Of a stretch of 64,000 nt of DNA, positions 28,201 to 37,649 are shown in pieces; position 1 is the first letter of the stretch, and each line of letters opens with the position of its first letter. The DNA is taken from IMG/VR virus record IMGVR_UViG_3300031417_000416; one strand, 5' to 3'. A model generated the notes under the pieces. The model saw only the letters and a list, made by a program, of their open reading frames with translations, was not told the origin of the DNA and did no database searches. A program made the position numbers and the translations under genes. The stretch comes from a virus.

Positions 28201-29390
28201 GCATGGAGCAGTTCACCAAGAACGGCTTCGGCATCGCCGTGGCTCTCGAGGAGGGCGTCTCCAAGGTCGTGCTCGAGGAGGTGATGAAGATCCCCGACGC
28301 CAAGGTCGTGATCGTCACCCCGGGTTCGGTCGAGGCGGCTCCCGTCGAGATGCGCAGCATGGTCAACCAGCTCGTCGAGAGCGGGCGCGGTTCGGTCATG
28401 ATGCCCGAGCAGATCTCGCAGTCCGGCGTCCGGGTCGACGATCCGAGCCCCAAGAAGGACGAGGAGGTCTTCCACTACGACGCGAGCAACAAGAAGTTCG
28501 TCCGCGAATCCGACAGTGCCCCGTCCGTCCCGCGTGCGGGTGCGGTACAGGACAACGGCGAGATCGACTGGAACGCCTCGGCCAAGACCAACACCATCAC
28601 GCAGGCCGAGATGGACTCCGCGATCGAGCCCGTGACCGTTCCGGTCTACGTCGAGAACCGCGACGCCATGCGTGCCAACCTCGCCGGGATCGCCTCGGTC
28701 GCGGTGGTGGTCGCCTCCAACGAGCGCGATCCGGCCATGCATGTCGTCCGGCAGATGATCGAGCAGGACAAGCCCGTCGCGGCCCTCGTCCCCACGGACG
28801 TGGCCGACATCCACTCCGAGGCCTACTCGGCGAACCGTCGTCTTCTCCGTCCCGACGGCAAGATGATGATCCAGAGCGAGCGCCTCGCACAGGGCGTCTC
28901 GGCTCAGGGTTTCGCCGAGATCCTCGAGGGCGACACGGAAGTGACGCTGCAAGGTGGCGTGATGCGGGGCAACTCGGGCACGTTCGTCAGCTCGCGCTTC
29001 GCGAAGGACGACATGCTGCGCAGCGGCAACCACGCTCACACCTTCGAGTGGGAGAACGGTGCGCGTCCGATCAGCTCGGCCAGGTCGATCGACACCCTCG
29101 CGGCGGACATCGAGCAGGGCCAGGCTCCGGTCATGGGCAGCCCGGGCGTCTACGTCGATCGCAAGATCGGCCTCGAGGGCGAGCACGGCGTCGAGAAGAT
29201 CGGTCGCATCGGCGTCCAGGAGGAGCAGCGCACGCTGTCTCGCCAGGGTGCCGCCAACACCGAGGTGCAGGAGGAGTTCGCCCAGCTGAGCCGCGTGCAC
29301 GGCATGGACGAGCGCACGATCGAGAACCAGACCCAGAGCAAGAAGGCAGCGTACGCCGCCCTCGAGCAGATGGGCGCCATGGGCCGCTGA
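25263..29390 (+). CDS. giant (1375 aa) multidomain protein with DprA/SLOG-like domains
   Basis: CAGGAG RBS, strong GC3 bias; about 27530-28860 follows DprA layout (LALAALPGM HhH; YHPDEQMHP.KL; AAFIGG; IAVALEEG; ENRD...LAGIASVAVVV; DKPVAALVP; ANRRLL). Confidence 0.8.
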   Translation: MSSYSYTDWAQLSENDKKNLPGVSIPRDHKLNNPNRGVYWSPETSAQALSAHLEQMLTHPEDAIRQQTFNELRGVADDAFRSSRLVERAMNVRRDDANRASDGYAGFMDDTQLTLLADIQKDVSVIQKEARALGLDPIENSKRAMNIASGHAVGFDMASAEASFARTGLSIGPVETMKDSARQLNNSLSNRDLDAMDMVESIGRSRSFDEDSRDEHRRMADVMKSIPLALDYAQLATENNPSFRMETAAEASVMETLSRQVMKWETLPERETVHEAFSAWRDAGVAESPFSKDIPQTVAVIVGAGPQAAENLADMLETIRGDQRMGDRDVTILAVEPDKDFYDTLKEHGRPTIEVVALASTNGVYVDARNQGEGKGDDPTIELMTLNREEAHDPIRRSLSANALVARAATVAYVQGANMTVAEAQALHIAGTARKLSLGIDRDGEKMDGQALARARATAISIDKKDDPQRYYTAGLARPADGIYGVAFEASRFADRGHAKHAPGQDIMGDAYDRVPKHATIWAVDQQENANVRWLQENATERTILYAEAKRTLSFSTVAGMGLERQKVRTREAGTDITIYDRPRDQREYEIDPATGKERCLTRPLQLNSSREASPEENEQVMIDRRKMRGAIVLVTGSAHDKGTLNTSAQEVKVAQEAVADRAHTFVILSDAKHPALSKDMHMAHMTRLAYETNKKATFINGDGSEMPLDEARRHTTRLGPNQEDAINLKFDERMRKIDKDNRPKASSDYALDSDEGRLALAALPGMDARRAAAIASTEELATLTIKEVATNHDPEFHRQLHQVVLRGPDGQPELGSNGKEIPAMPAETLRVINDKGEWATALDRAEAITAETNKFGMTVYHPDEQMHPLKLVNGPDYQPKSVMIEHTANPDAFDFSQLKLAAFIGGSQSYNEPGELRRREDARREMEDKLKGVTADTLATEEGRKTRDDAISSYREAVRDTHASRDPGEKVDREQLRAGMEQFTKNGFGIAVALEEGVSKVVLEEVMKIPDAKVVIVTPGSVEAAPVEMRSMVNQLVESGRGSVMMPEQISQSGVRVDDPSPKKDEEVFHYDASNKKFVRESDSAPSVPRAGAVQDNGEIDWNASAKTNTITQAEMDSAIEPVTVPVYVENRDAMRANLAGIASVAVVVASNERDPAMHVVRQMIEQDKPVAALVPTDVADIHSEAYSANRRLLRPDGKMMIQSERLAQGVSAQGFAEILEGDTEVTLQGGVMRGNSGTFVSSRFAKDDMLRSGNHAHTFEWENGARPISSARSIDTLAADIEQGQAPVMGSPGVYVDRKIGLEGEHGVEKIGRIGVQEEQRTLSRQGAANTEVQEEFAQLSRVHGMDERTIENQTQSKKAAYAALEQMGAMGR

Positions 29391-29417
29391 TCTCCGGCAT
29401 CATTGAGGAACTACCCG

Positions 29418-29454
29418 GAGGGGTCCGACGCAAGTCGGGCCCCTCTCTCTTTTT
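29418..29454 (+). terminator. intrinsic terminator
   Basis: GAGGGGTCCGAC-GCAA-GTCGGGCCCCTC followed by TCTCTTTTT. Confidence 0.8.
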
Positions 29455-29475
29455 CAGCACGAAAGGAACGACAAC

Positions 29476-30225
29476 ATGGCCAAGAAGCAAGAGGCACCGG
29501 CATCAGACCGGATCGTCGCCAGCACCGACAACAATCCGCCGGAGGCGCTCACGCTCCCGGTCGCGACCGACGTCGCCGCTCGCCACAAGGAGGCGGCCGA
29601 GGCGCTTCGGGACAAGCACCTCGAGACGTTCCTGACCTATCGTCGCGTTCCGGCGGTGATCGAGGACAAGGAGGTGTACGACCGCGTCACCACGCTGAGC
29701 GTGATGGTGAAGCAGGCGTTCGATGCGATCGACAAGGCGCGCAGCGCGGCCAAGAAGCCGTACCTGGACGGCGGTACGGCCGTCGACAAGGCGTACGCGC
29801 TCCCGGTTGAGGTGATTGATGCCGAGAAGCCGGACGAGAAGAAGACCGTTAACATGCTCGCCGAGCTGAAGGGGGCCCACGACTCCCTGAAGAAGCGTCT
29901 CTCCGCGTACGACACGGAGGAGTACAAGCGGACCGAGGCTCTGCGCATCGCCGAGCAGACCGGTATCGCTGCCGCCGCGGCCGGTGACGGCATCGCCATG
30001 GACGTGGCTCAGGCCGGCAGCGCCAAGATGCAGTCGAGCCACTCGGAGCACGGCGGCATGGCCATCAAGCGCGTGGAGAAGACCTTCACGATCGTCGACC
30101 CCTCGAAGGTGCCTGCGAGCCTCTGCTCGCCCGACCCCGTGAAGATCCAGGCGGCCATCGACGCCGGTGCCAGCGAGATCGCTGGCATCCAGATCGACGT
30201 GCAGGTAAAGACGCACGTCCGCTAG
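29476..30225 (+). CDS. phage-like coiled-coil protein (C-terminus resembles siphovirus Gp157-like proteins)
   Basis: GAAAGGAA RBS; tail FTIVDPSKVP...DPVKIQAAIDAGASEIAGIQI. Confidence 0.6.
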   Translation: MAKKQEAPASDRIVASTDNNPPEALTLPVATDVAARHKEAAEALRDKHLETFLTYRRVPAVIEDKEVYDRVTTLSVMVKQAFDAIDKARSAAKKPYLDGGTAVDKAYALPVEVIDAEKPDEKKTVNMLAELKGAHDSLKKRLSAYDTEEYKRTEALRIAEQTGIAAAAAGDGIAMDVAQAGSAKMQSSHSEHGGMAIKRVEKTFTIVDPSKVPASLCSPDPVKIQAAIDAGASEIAGIQIDVQVKTHVR

Positions 30226-30263
30226 ACGAAGAAAATCGTTACAGTGATGCGAATCTCCGTGCT

Positions 30264-30291
30264 TTACGCGGCTTCGCATTCATCCTAAAAT
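30264..30291 (+). promoter_or_regulatory. recurrent promoter-like motif upstream of the nrd operon
   Basis: TTACGC-N4-TCGCATTCATCCTAAAAT, close to 52780-52808. Confidence 0.5.
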
Positions 30292-30346
30292 CACGACATA
30301 CGCACAGCCCCAAGGGGTAGACGCGCAGAGCATCAAGGAGCACAAC

Positions 30347-30769
30347 ATGTTGAAGGAATACCGGGTCATGGCCCAAACCGCCAGCCTGGTCGAGATCGCC
30401 CGGTTCCAGGCCGACGACAAGGCGCTCGATGCCCGCGTGTCGGCCGTCATCCGCCAGGCTCGCAGCGAGGGCGATCTCCGGTCGCTCTCGCTCGGTGGCG
30501 GCGGACCTGCGATCGTCGCGCAGCAGCTCGGCGAGGGCGACGCCCTGGGGCATCCGGGCGAGCCGGCCGTCGACCAGCACTTCGCGTACGATGCCGACGG
30601 CCGTCCCCTCGACCAGCGCCAGACGCGCGTCACCACCATCAAGGAGACGCACATCCTGGAGGGCAGCCGCGACAACGGCCATACCTTCGACGAGGTGATC
30701 GGCGCCTTCAACGACGAGGCCCGCGCGGAGCGGATCGCGACGATGTGGAAGGCGGGTCATCTGGGATGA
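30347..30769 (+). CDS. hypothetical protein
   Basis: AAGGAG RBS; GC3-rich. Confidence 0.65.
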   Translation: MLKEYRVMAQTASLVEIARFQADDKALDARVSAVIRQARSEGDLRSLSLGGGGPAIVAQQLGEGDALGHPGEPAVDQHFAYDADGRPLDQRQTRVTTIKETHILEGSRDNGHTFDEVIGAFNDEARAERIATMWKAGHLG

Positions 30770-30996
30770 CGGTCCTCCTGGCATATCTGCGTGACGGACA
30801 CGTCTATGCGGACCACGATGCATGGGAGCATGGCCTCGACCATGCTCCCTTCGACATCGTCTGCGAGGATCCGCCGTTTGCCAGGACCCGCATCGCAGGA
30901 GTGGACTACGTCAGCACCTGGTTCTGGGCGCTGGACGCGAAGAGACAGTACGGCGCGGTGCCGATGGTGCCCGCAAGCGAGCTCCACGGGAAATGA
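30766..30996 (+). CDS. hypothetical protein
   Basis: ATGA overlap with upstream stop. Confidence 0.5.
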   Translation: MTVLLAYLRDGHVYADHDAWEHGLDHAPFDIVCEDPPFARTRIAGVDYVSTWFWALDAKRQYGAVPMVPASELHGK

Positions 30997-31051
30997 TCCC
31001 GACACCGGTCCCTAAGGGAATAACGACGGCACAGTCCGGAAAGGTAGAACG

Positions 31052-33004
31052 ATGACCTACGAAGCAAGTGACAGCAAGACGATCGCCAGCGGCTCCCAGG
31101 ATGCCGCGACTCTCGCCGAAGCCCTCGCCGAAGGCACGACCAAGACCGTCGCCAAGGCGCTGGCCCCGGAGACCAACTCCTCGACCATCATGGAACGTCG
31201 TTTCGACGTGGTGACCGACAACAGCCGCGATGCGCTGCTGACCGAATTCGGCAAGGACACACTGCGCGATCGCTATCTGCTCCCAGGCGAGGGCTTTCAG
31301 GACATGTTCGCGCGCGTCGCGTCGGCCTATGCGGACGACCAGGAGCATGCGCAGCGCATCTACGACGCGATCTCGAAGCTCTGGTTCATGCCGGCCACGC
31401 CCGTCCTCTCAAACGGCGGCACCGGTCGCGGCCTGCCGATCAGCTGCTATCTCAACTCCGTTCCCGACAGTCTCGAGGGCATCGTCGACACCTGGAACGA
31501 GAATGTCTGGCTCGCGTCGCGCGGCGGCGGCATCGGCACCTACTGGGGCAACGTGCGCGGCATCGGCGAGCCAGTCGGCCTGAACGGCAAGACCAGCGGC
31601 ATCATCCCGTTCGTCCGCGTCATGGACTCGCTGACGCTGGCGATCAGCCAGGGCTCGCTGCGCCGCGGCTCGGCAGCCTGCTATCTCGACGTCTCGCATC
31701 CCGAGATCGAGGAGTTCCTCGAGATCCGGAAACCCTCGGGCGACTTCAACCGCAAGGCACTCAATCTCCATCACGGCGTGCTGATCACGGACGCCTTCAT
31801 GGAGGCCGTCCGCAACGGCGACACCTGGATCCTGCGCTCGCCCAAGACGAACGAGCCGCGCGGCGAGGTCGATGCGCGATCGCTGTTCCAGAAGCTGGTC
31901 GAGACCCGGCTCCAGACGGGCGAGCCCTATCTCGTCTTCGCCGATCACGTTAACCGGGCAATGCCCAAGTTCCAGCGCGACGTCGGCCTGAAGGTCTCCA
32001 CGTCGAACCTGTGCTCGGAAATCACGCTGCCGACCGGTAAGGATCAGTTCGGCAAGGAGCGCACCGCGGTCTGCTGCCTGTCGTCGATGAACCTCGAGAC
32101 CTGGGATCAGTGGAAGGACGTGAAGACGCTCCTGGAAGACGTCATGCGCTTCCTCGACAACGTCCTGCAGGACTACATCGACAGGTCCGAGCCGAGCATG
32201 GAGCGTGCCAAGTATGCGGCTGGGCGCGAGCGCTCGGTAGGCCTGGGCGTGATGGGCTTCCACAGCTTCCTGCAGTCGAAGGGCCTGGCTTTCGAAGGGG
32301 CGATGGCCAAGTCGTACAACCTGCGGATGTTCAAGCACATCAGCGCCGGCGTGAACGAGGCTTCGATGATCCTCGCTCAGGAGCGTGGGCCGTGCCCGGA
32401 CGCCGCCGACCAGGGCGTGATGGAGCGGTTCAGCTGCAAGACCGCGATCGCGCCTACCGCGTCGATCTCGATCATCTGCGGCGGCACGTCGGCATGCATC
32501 GAGCCGATCCCGGCGAACGTCTATACCCACAAGACGCTTTCGGGGTCGTTCGACGTGCGCAACCCGCACCTCCAGGCGCTGCTTGCGTCGAAGTCGAAGG
32601 ACTCGGCCGGAGTGTGGGCTTCGATCCTCGAGCATGGAGGTTCGGTCCAGCATCTCGACTTCCTGAGCCCCGAGGAGAAGGACTGCTACAAGACGTCCTT
32701 CGAGATCGACCAGCGGTGGCTGCTCGAGCTCGCGGCCGACCGTACGCCGTATATCGACCAGGCCCAGTCGCTCAACCTCTACATCCCGGCTGACGTCGAG
32801 AAGTGGGATCTCCTCATGCTGCACTTCCGCGCATGGGAGCTGGGCGTGAAGTCGCTCTACTATCTGCGCTCGAAGTCGGTACAGCGTGCAGGCTTCGCCG
32901 GCAGCGGCATGGACGGCGGCGTGGAGGCGGACAACACGTCCGAACCCAAGCATATCCAGATGCCCGAAAGTACGGATTATGATGAGTGTCTAGCTTGCCA
33001 ATGA
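31052..33004 (+). CDS. nrdA: class I ribonucleotide reductase alpha subunit (no ATP cone)
   Basis: PATPVLSN, ISCYL, SNLCSEI, TAIAPTASIS, SLYYLRS, C-terminal CLAC. Confidence 0.97.
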   Translation: MTYEASDSKTIASGSQDAATLAEALAEGTTKTVAKALAPETNSSTIMERRFDVVTDNSRDALLTEFGKDTLRDRYLLPGEGFQDMFARVASAYADDQEHAQRIYDAISKLWFMPATPVLSNGGTGRGLPISCYLNSVPDSLEGIVDTWNENVWLASRGGGIGTYWGNVRGIGEPVGLNGKTSGIIPFVRVMDSLTLAISQGSLRRGSAACYLDVSHPEIEEFLEIRKPSGDFNRKALNLHHGVLITDAFMEAVRNGDTWILRSPKTNEPRGEVDARSLFQKLVETRLQTGEPYLVFADHVNRAMPKFQRDVGLKVSTSNLCSEITLPTGKDQFGKERTAVCCLSSMNLETWDQWKDVKTLLEDVMRFLDNVLQDYIDRSEPSMERAKYAAGRERSVGLGVMGFHSFLQSKGLAFEGAMAKSYNLRMFKHISAGVNEASMILAQERGPCPDAADQGVMERFSCKTAIAPTASISIICGGTSACIEPIPANVYTHKTLSGSFDVRNPHLQALLASKSKDSAGVWASILEHGGSVQHLDFLSPEEKDCYKTSFEIDQRWLLELAADRTPYIDQAQSLNLYIPADVEKWDLLMLHFRAWELGVKSLYYLRSKSVQRAGFAGSGMDGGVEADNTSEPKHIQMPESTDYDECLACQ

Positions 33005-33052
33005 GGTCATTATTCTCTTGCATTGAATCGGCGGCTTTAGCACCACCCTTCA

Positions 33053-33682
33053 ATGCTCGAGAAAACGCCTTTGAGAGAGTCCATGTTCTGGGCTCACGTT
33101 ACCAAACACCAGGGTGAGGACGCTTGTTGGGAGTGGAACGCGTACATAACCACATCCGGATATGGCGCCTTAGGGACCACAGACAGTGGTCACCGAGAAA
33201 AGTTCTACGCCCACAAGGTCTCGTTCGAATGGTACGTGGGTATCCTAAAGCCAGGGCAGATGGTGAGACACACATGCGACAATCGCCCGTGTATACGGCC
33301 AAAACATCTGATTCCTGGCACACACCAGGACAACATGGACGACATGGTGGTGCGCAAGCGCCATGTCGGCAATCGCGAGATCGACGCGGAAACGGCCATC
33401 CGAATCCGGGTTCGTCGAGCGGCCGGCGAAAGCGCCAAACTGCTGGGGGCGGAGTACGGCCTCACTCCCCAGCACGTCAGCAACATCTGCACCGGCGTCT
33501 ATTGGCCGGATGCGGGAGGTCCTCTCACCAGGAGGTTCGAGATCGATGATAAAATGATCCTCGACGTCCTCATGGACCTCCCTACAATGACACAGTCAGC
33601 GTGCGCTGCGAAGCACGGCATCTCGAAGGCGGCGGTCCAGCAGATCGCAGCCGGGAAACGCAAACCAAGGAATACGACATGA
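33053..33682 (+). mobile_element. free-standing HNH homing endonuclease (HNH_3 / I-HmuI-like) between nrdA and nrdB
   Basis: CWEWNA..GYG..YAHKVS..VRHTCDNRPCIRPKHL..GTHQDNMDD; C-terminal HTH-like repeats; visibly AT-richer than flanks; ATGA overlap with nrdB. Confidence 0.85.
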
Positions 33683-34728
33683 GCCTTCTCTCCGCATCGC
33701 GCGTCTACAAGCCCTTCGAATATCCATGGGCATTCGAGTTCTGGAAGCGTCAGCAGCAGCTCCACTGGCTTCCCGAGGAAGTGCCGCTGGGCGAGGACTG
33801 CCGCGACTGGGCGCAGAAGCTGACGGATCACGAGCGCAACCTGCTCACCCAGATCTTCCGGTTCTTCACGCAGGCCGACATCGAGGTCCAGGACTGCTAC
33901 CACGAGAAGTACGGCCGCGTGTTCAAGCCGACCGAGATCAAGATGATGCTGACCGCGTTCAGCAACATGGAGACCGTCCACATCGCGGCCTACAGCCACT
34001 TGCTCGACACGATCGGCATGCCCGAAAGCGAGTACAGCGCCTTCCTCCAGTACAAGGAGATGAAGGACAAGGTCGACTTCATGGACAAGTTCGGCGTCGA
34101 CAGCGACGCGGATATCGCGCGGACGCTGGCCATGTTCGGCGGCTTCACCGAGGGCGTCCAGCTGTTCGCGTCGTTCGCGATGCTGATGAACTTCCCGCGC
34201 TTCAACAAGATGAAGGGCATGGGCCAGATCGTCACCTGGTCGATCCGTGACGAATCGCTCCACTGCGAGGGCATCATCAAGATGTTCCACGCCTTCTGTG
34301 CCGAGCGCCAGTGTCTGACGGCGGCCGTCAAGGACGACATCCACGACTGCTGCGTCACGACCGTCAAGAACGAGGACGCGTTCATCGATCTGGCGTTCGA
34401 GATGGGTCCGGTCGAAGGCATGAAGCCGAAGGACATCAAGAAGTACATCCGCTACATCGCGGACTGGCGTCTCGGCCAGCTCGGCCTGAAGCCGATCTAC
34501 ATGATCGACGAGCACCCGCTGCCCTGGCTCGTGCCGATGCTGAACGGCGTCGAGCATGCCAACTTCTTCGAGCAGCGCGCGACCGAGTATTCGAAGGCCG
34601 CGACGAAGGGCCAGTGGAACGACGTGTGGGACACGTTCGACAAGCGCCAGAAGGTGCGCATCGGCGCCCCCGAGAGCGACGAGGAGCCCGAGGGCGGCCT
34701 GTTCGCGACGGCCGTCGCCGCGGAATAG
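33679..34728 (+). CDS. nrdB: class Ia ribonucleotide reductase beta subunit
   Basis: YKPFEYPWA, FFTQAD, ETVHIAAYS (radical Tyr retained), EGVQLFASF, IRDESLH, NFFE. Confidence 0.97.
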   Translation: MSLLSASRVYKPFEYPWAFEFWKRQQQLHWLPEEVPLGEDCRDWAQKLTDHERNLLTQIFRFFTQADIEVQDCYHEKYGRVFKPTEIKMMLTAFSNMETVHIAAYSHLLDTIGMPESEYSAFLQYKEMKDKVDFMDKFGVDSDADIARTLAMFGGFTEGVQLFASFAMLMNFPRFNKMKGMGQIVTWSIRDESLHCEGIIKMFHAFCAERQCLTAAVKDDIHDCCVTTVKNEDAFIDLAFEMGPVEGMKPKDIKKYIRYIADWRLGQLGLKPIYMIDEHPLPWLVPMLNGVEHANFFEQRATEYSKAATKGQWNDVWDTFDKRQKVRIGAPESDEEPEGGLFATAVAAE

Positions 34729-34822
34729 TCCTCCACGCCACTAGACGCACTACCGATCCCGGCGGCTCATCAAGCCGTCGGGACCTCTCATTTCAGGGCC
34801 ATCGCGCCCAAGCGAACAAGGA

Positions 34823-35509
34823 ATGCCCATGAGCAAGCAGGCACATATCCTCGCACTGAAGGCAGACACTCTGCCAGGCGGTCTCGGGTTCGGGATCCGG
34901 GCACTCGGCGACGCCGCTCTTGCGCCGGTTCTGGAGGCGCAGGCATGGATCGGGCCGCGTCCGATGCTCGAGGACGATACCTCGTTCGTCCAGTTCATCC
35001 CCTACGTGCTCGTCCGCCACGGTACGCGTCTGCTGGCGTACGTGCGCGAGGAAAGCGGCGGCGAGGCGCGTCTTCACGGCAAGTTCTCCGTCGGCGTCGG
35101 CGGCCACATCGATCTGCCCGACGTGATCGTCGACGAGACGCTGATCATGGAGAAGGGAAAGCAGGTTCCGGTCAACAGGATCGACATCGCCCGCACCCTG
35201 GTCCGCTCGGCCGTGCGAGAGATCTCCGAGGAGATCAACATGGACGTGCCCGAGGACGCGGTGATGTGGACGCATCTGATCCACGTGACGACCACCGAGG
35301 TCGACGCGGTGCATCTGGGCTTCGTCGCCGTGCTCGACATCGAGGCTGCGGGCATTTCCGAACTGGTGTTCGAGGAGTGCATCGGCAGCGCCCGGTTCGA
35401 GGAGATCTCGGAGCTGGCGGCGGGACGGGTCGGCGGGCGTGACGCGACGCCGGAGACCTGGACCGGCCTCGTCCTCGACATGCTCGTGAAAGACGCGGCC
35501 GCCGCCTGA
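34823..35509 (+). CDS. NUDIX-like phosphoesterase (COG4112-like)
   Basis: RPMLEDDTSFVQFIPY...GEARLHGKFSVGVGGHID...REISEE...HLG. Confidence 0.75.
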   Translation: MPMSKQAHILALKADTLPGGLGFGIRALGDAALAPVLEAQAWIGPRPMLEDDTSFVQFIPYVLVRHGTRLLAYVREESGGEARLHGKFSVGVGGHIDLPDVIVDETLIMEKGKQVPVNRIDIARTLVRSAVREISEEINMDVPEDAVMWTHLIHVTTTEVDAVHLGFVAVLDIEAAGISELVFEECIGSARFEEISELAAGRVGGRDATPETWTGLVLDMLVKDAAAA

Positions 35510-35547
35510 TGGCGTCAGCGTCCGCAACCCTGTACGAGAGAGAGATC

Positions 35548-37629
35548 ATGGCCACACGCTTCGACGACGACGAATTCTTCGACGCCTACGGTTTCGGCCC
35601 TTCGCCGGAACCGGAGCTCGAGGCGCCTCGGCCTGCACCCGCCAGCGAGCGCGCGGAGGCGCTCCTGGTCGGGCTGACCGATCAGCAGCGCGAGGCCGTG
35701 CTGCACCGGGGCTCCCCGCTGGTGATCCTGGCAGGTGCCGGCACGGGCAAGACCGAGACGATGACGCGACGCATCGCCCATCTCATCGCGAGCGGCGACG
35801 CGCGTCCGGAAGAGGTCCTGGCGATCACCTTCACCCAGAAGGCCGCAGCCGAGCTCGAGGAACGCATCAAGCACAAGCTCGACGACGACCTGAACGGGCT
35901 GTCTGTCGGCACGTTCCACCGGATCAGCGGACGGCTGCTGCGCGAGCACTACCATCTGTTCGACGTTCCCGAGGACTATGCGATCCTCGATCCCGCCGAA
36001 TCCAAGCGGATCATCCGAAATCTCGCCAAGGCCCGATGGGGCAAGGACGTCGACAAGGAGACCATCGAGGAGGCGGAGAAGTTCATCGAGGACGTCGCCA
36101 ACGACCCTCTCACGATGGCCCAGAAGATCGGCGAGGCCGACTACGACATCCGCGGCATCTACAACGACTACCGCGACGAGAAGCGTCGCATGAACAGCCT
36201 CGACTTCAACGACATGATCCAGATCGTGCACGACGCCTTCGCCGGCGGTGCCGTCGATCCCGAGCAGATATGCGGCCACTGGCGCCATATCGTGGTCGAC
36301 GAGTACCAGGACACGAACGGGATGCAGTACGAGTGGCTGCGCTACGTGCTCGGGTCGAATCCCAATATCGCCGTCGTCGGAGACGACGATCAGTCGATCT
36401 ACGGCTGGCGCGGCGCGAAGATCGAGAACATCCTGGAGTTCCACAAGAACTTCGCCAACACCCGGACGATCAAGCTGGAGGAGAACTTCCGCTCCTACAA
36501 GCCGATCCTCGAGGCTGCCAACGGCATCATCGGAAAGAACCGGAACCGGCTCGGCAAGAAGCTCTTCACCAACCGCAGGCCGCCCGACGACGAGAGCGGC
36601 CAGCCTCGCGATCCTGATCCCGTCGTCATCCGCTACTTCATCAACTCGGACATCGAGGCCAGATGGATCACCGGCGAGATCAAGGCGGCGATCGCCGGCG
36701 GAATGGAGCCGACCGACATCGCGGTCCTCTCGCGCGCGGGAACGCCCCTTCAGGTCATCCAGCAGAGGCTGACCATGGCCGGGGTGCCGTACGTCGTATC
36801 GGGCGGCCAGAAGCTCCAGGAGAAGGCCGAGATCAAGGACGCCCTCGCGTACCTGCGTCTCGCGGTCAATCCGGACGACGGCGCGGCGCTCGATCGGATC
36901 ATCAACATGCCTCGGCGAGGCGTGGGCGACACGTACGTGAAGAAGATCCTCGACGCCGCCGATCTTGCGCGCAAGCAGGGCATCGAGCTGTCGCTCATGC
37001 AGGTCGTCGAGTCCTTCGCCAGATCCAAGACGTTCCCCGGCTCGACGCCGGAACGCGTGCGCGAGTTCGTCGACGTCATGCAGAAGGCCAACGCCCTCTT
37101 CTGGACGGATGCCAATGCGGGTCAGCTCATGTCCTTCCTGATGGAGGAGACCGGCTACCGCGCAGCGGTGAAGGCCGATCTGGAGGAGGCGAAGCTCTCC
37201 GGCGATCACAAGAAGTCGGAGCTGCTGGGCAACCGACTGGACAGCCTGGCCGACCTCGAGATCCTCGGCAAGACCATGGGGCCCATCGAGCTCATCGAGC
37301 AGATCGGCTTCGCCGACGAGGGGCGCGGCCGGAACGCGACTGGCGTATGGCTCGGCACCATCCACGGGGCCAAGGGGCTCGAGTGGCCGATCGTGTTCGG
37401 CATCGGCTGGGAGGAGAACATCTTCCCGACGTGGCAGTCGCTTCAGGAGAAGGGCGAGAAGCTCGCGGAGGAGCGCCGCTGCGCCTACGTGCAGATTACC
37501 CGTGCACGCGAGACGCTGATCCTGACCACCACAGGCGAGCGAAACCTGAAGCCCGCCAGCCCGAGCCGGTTCCTCAACGAGCTGCCCGATTCGGTGCTCT
37601 ACATCGACAATCAGCCGGCATACGACTGA
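35548..37629 (+). CDS. UvrD/PcrA-family SF1A helicase (copy 2)
   Basis: LAGAGTGKT, VDEYQDTN, VGDDDQSIYGWRGA, ENFRS, TIHGAKGLEW, EERRCAYVQITRA. Confidence 0.93.
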   Translation: MATRFDDDEFFDAYGFGPSPEPELEAPRPAPASERAEALLVGLTDQQREAVLHRGSPLVILAGAGTGKTETMTRRIAHLIASGDARPEEVLAITFTQKAAAELEERIKHKLDDDLNGLSVGTFHRISGRLLREHYHLFDVPEDYAILDPAESKRIIRNLAKARWGKDVDKETIEEAEKFIEDVANDPLTMAQKIGEADYDIRGIYNDYRDEKRRMNSLDFNDMIQIVHDAFAGGAVDPEQICGHWRHIVVDEYQDTNGMQYEWLRYVLGSNPNIAVVGDDDQSIYGWRGAKIENILEFHKNFANTRTIKLEENFRSYKPILEAANGIIGKNRNRLGKKLFTNRRPPDDESGQPRDPDPVVIRYFINSDIEARWITGEIKAAIAGGMEPTDIAVLSRAGTPLQVIQQRLTMAGVPYVVSGGQKLQEKAEIKDALAYLRLAVNPDDGAALDRIINMPRRGVGDTYVKKILDAADLARKQGIELSLMQVVESFARSKTFPGSTPERVREFVDVMQKANALFWTDANAGQLMSFLMEETGYRAAVKADLEEAKLSGDHKKSELLGNRLDSLADLEILGKTMGPIELIEQIGFADEGRGRNATGVWLGTIHGAKGLEWPIVFGIGWEENIFPTWQSLQEKGEKLAEERRCAYVQITRARETLILTTTGERNLKPASPSRFLNELPDSVLYIDNQPAYD

Positions 37630-37649
37630 GCCGGTCCAGGGAGGCCCAC

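Noticed and set aside
25188-29300. Very long antisense ORFs (e.g. 25188-29300, 15836-18091, 35515-37365, 40480-42711, 46230-48818 minus)
   Set aside because: They are shadows of strongly GC3-biased sense genes in high-GC DNA, with no motifs or RBS
31052-34728. Group I intron or intein in nrdA/nrdB
   Set aside because: Both ORFs are continuous and of normal length; the HNH lies between the genes, and I saw no intein C/S..HN signatures
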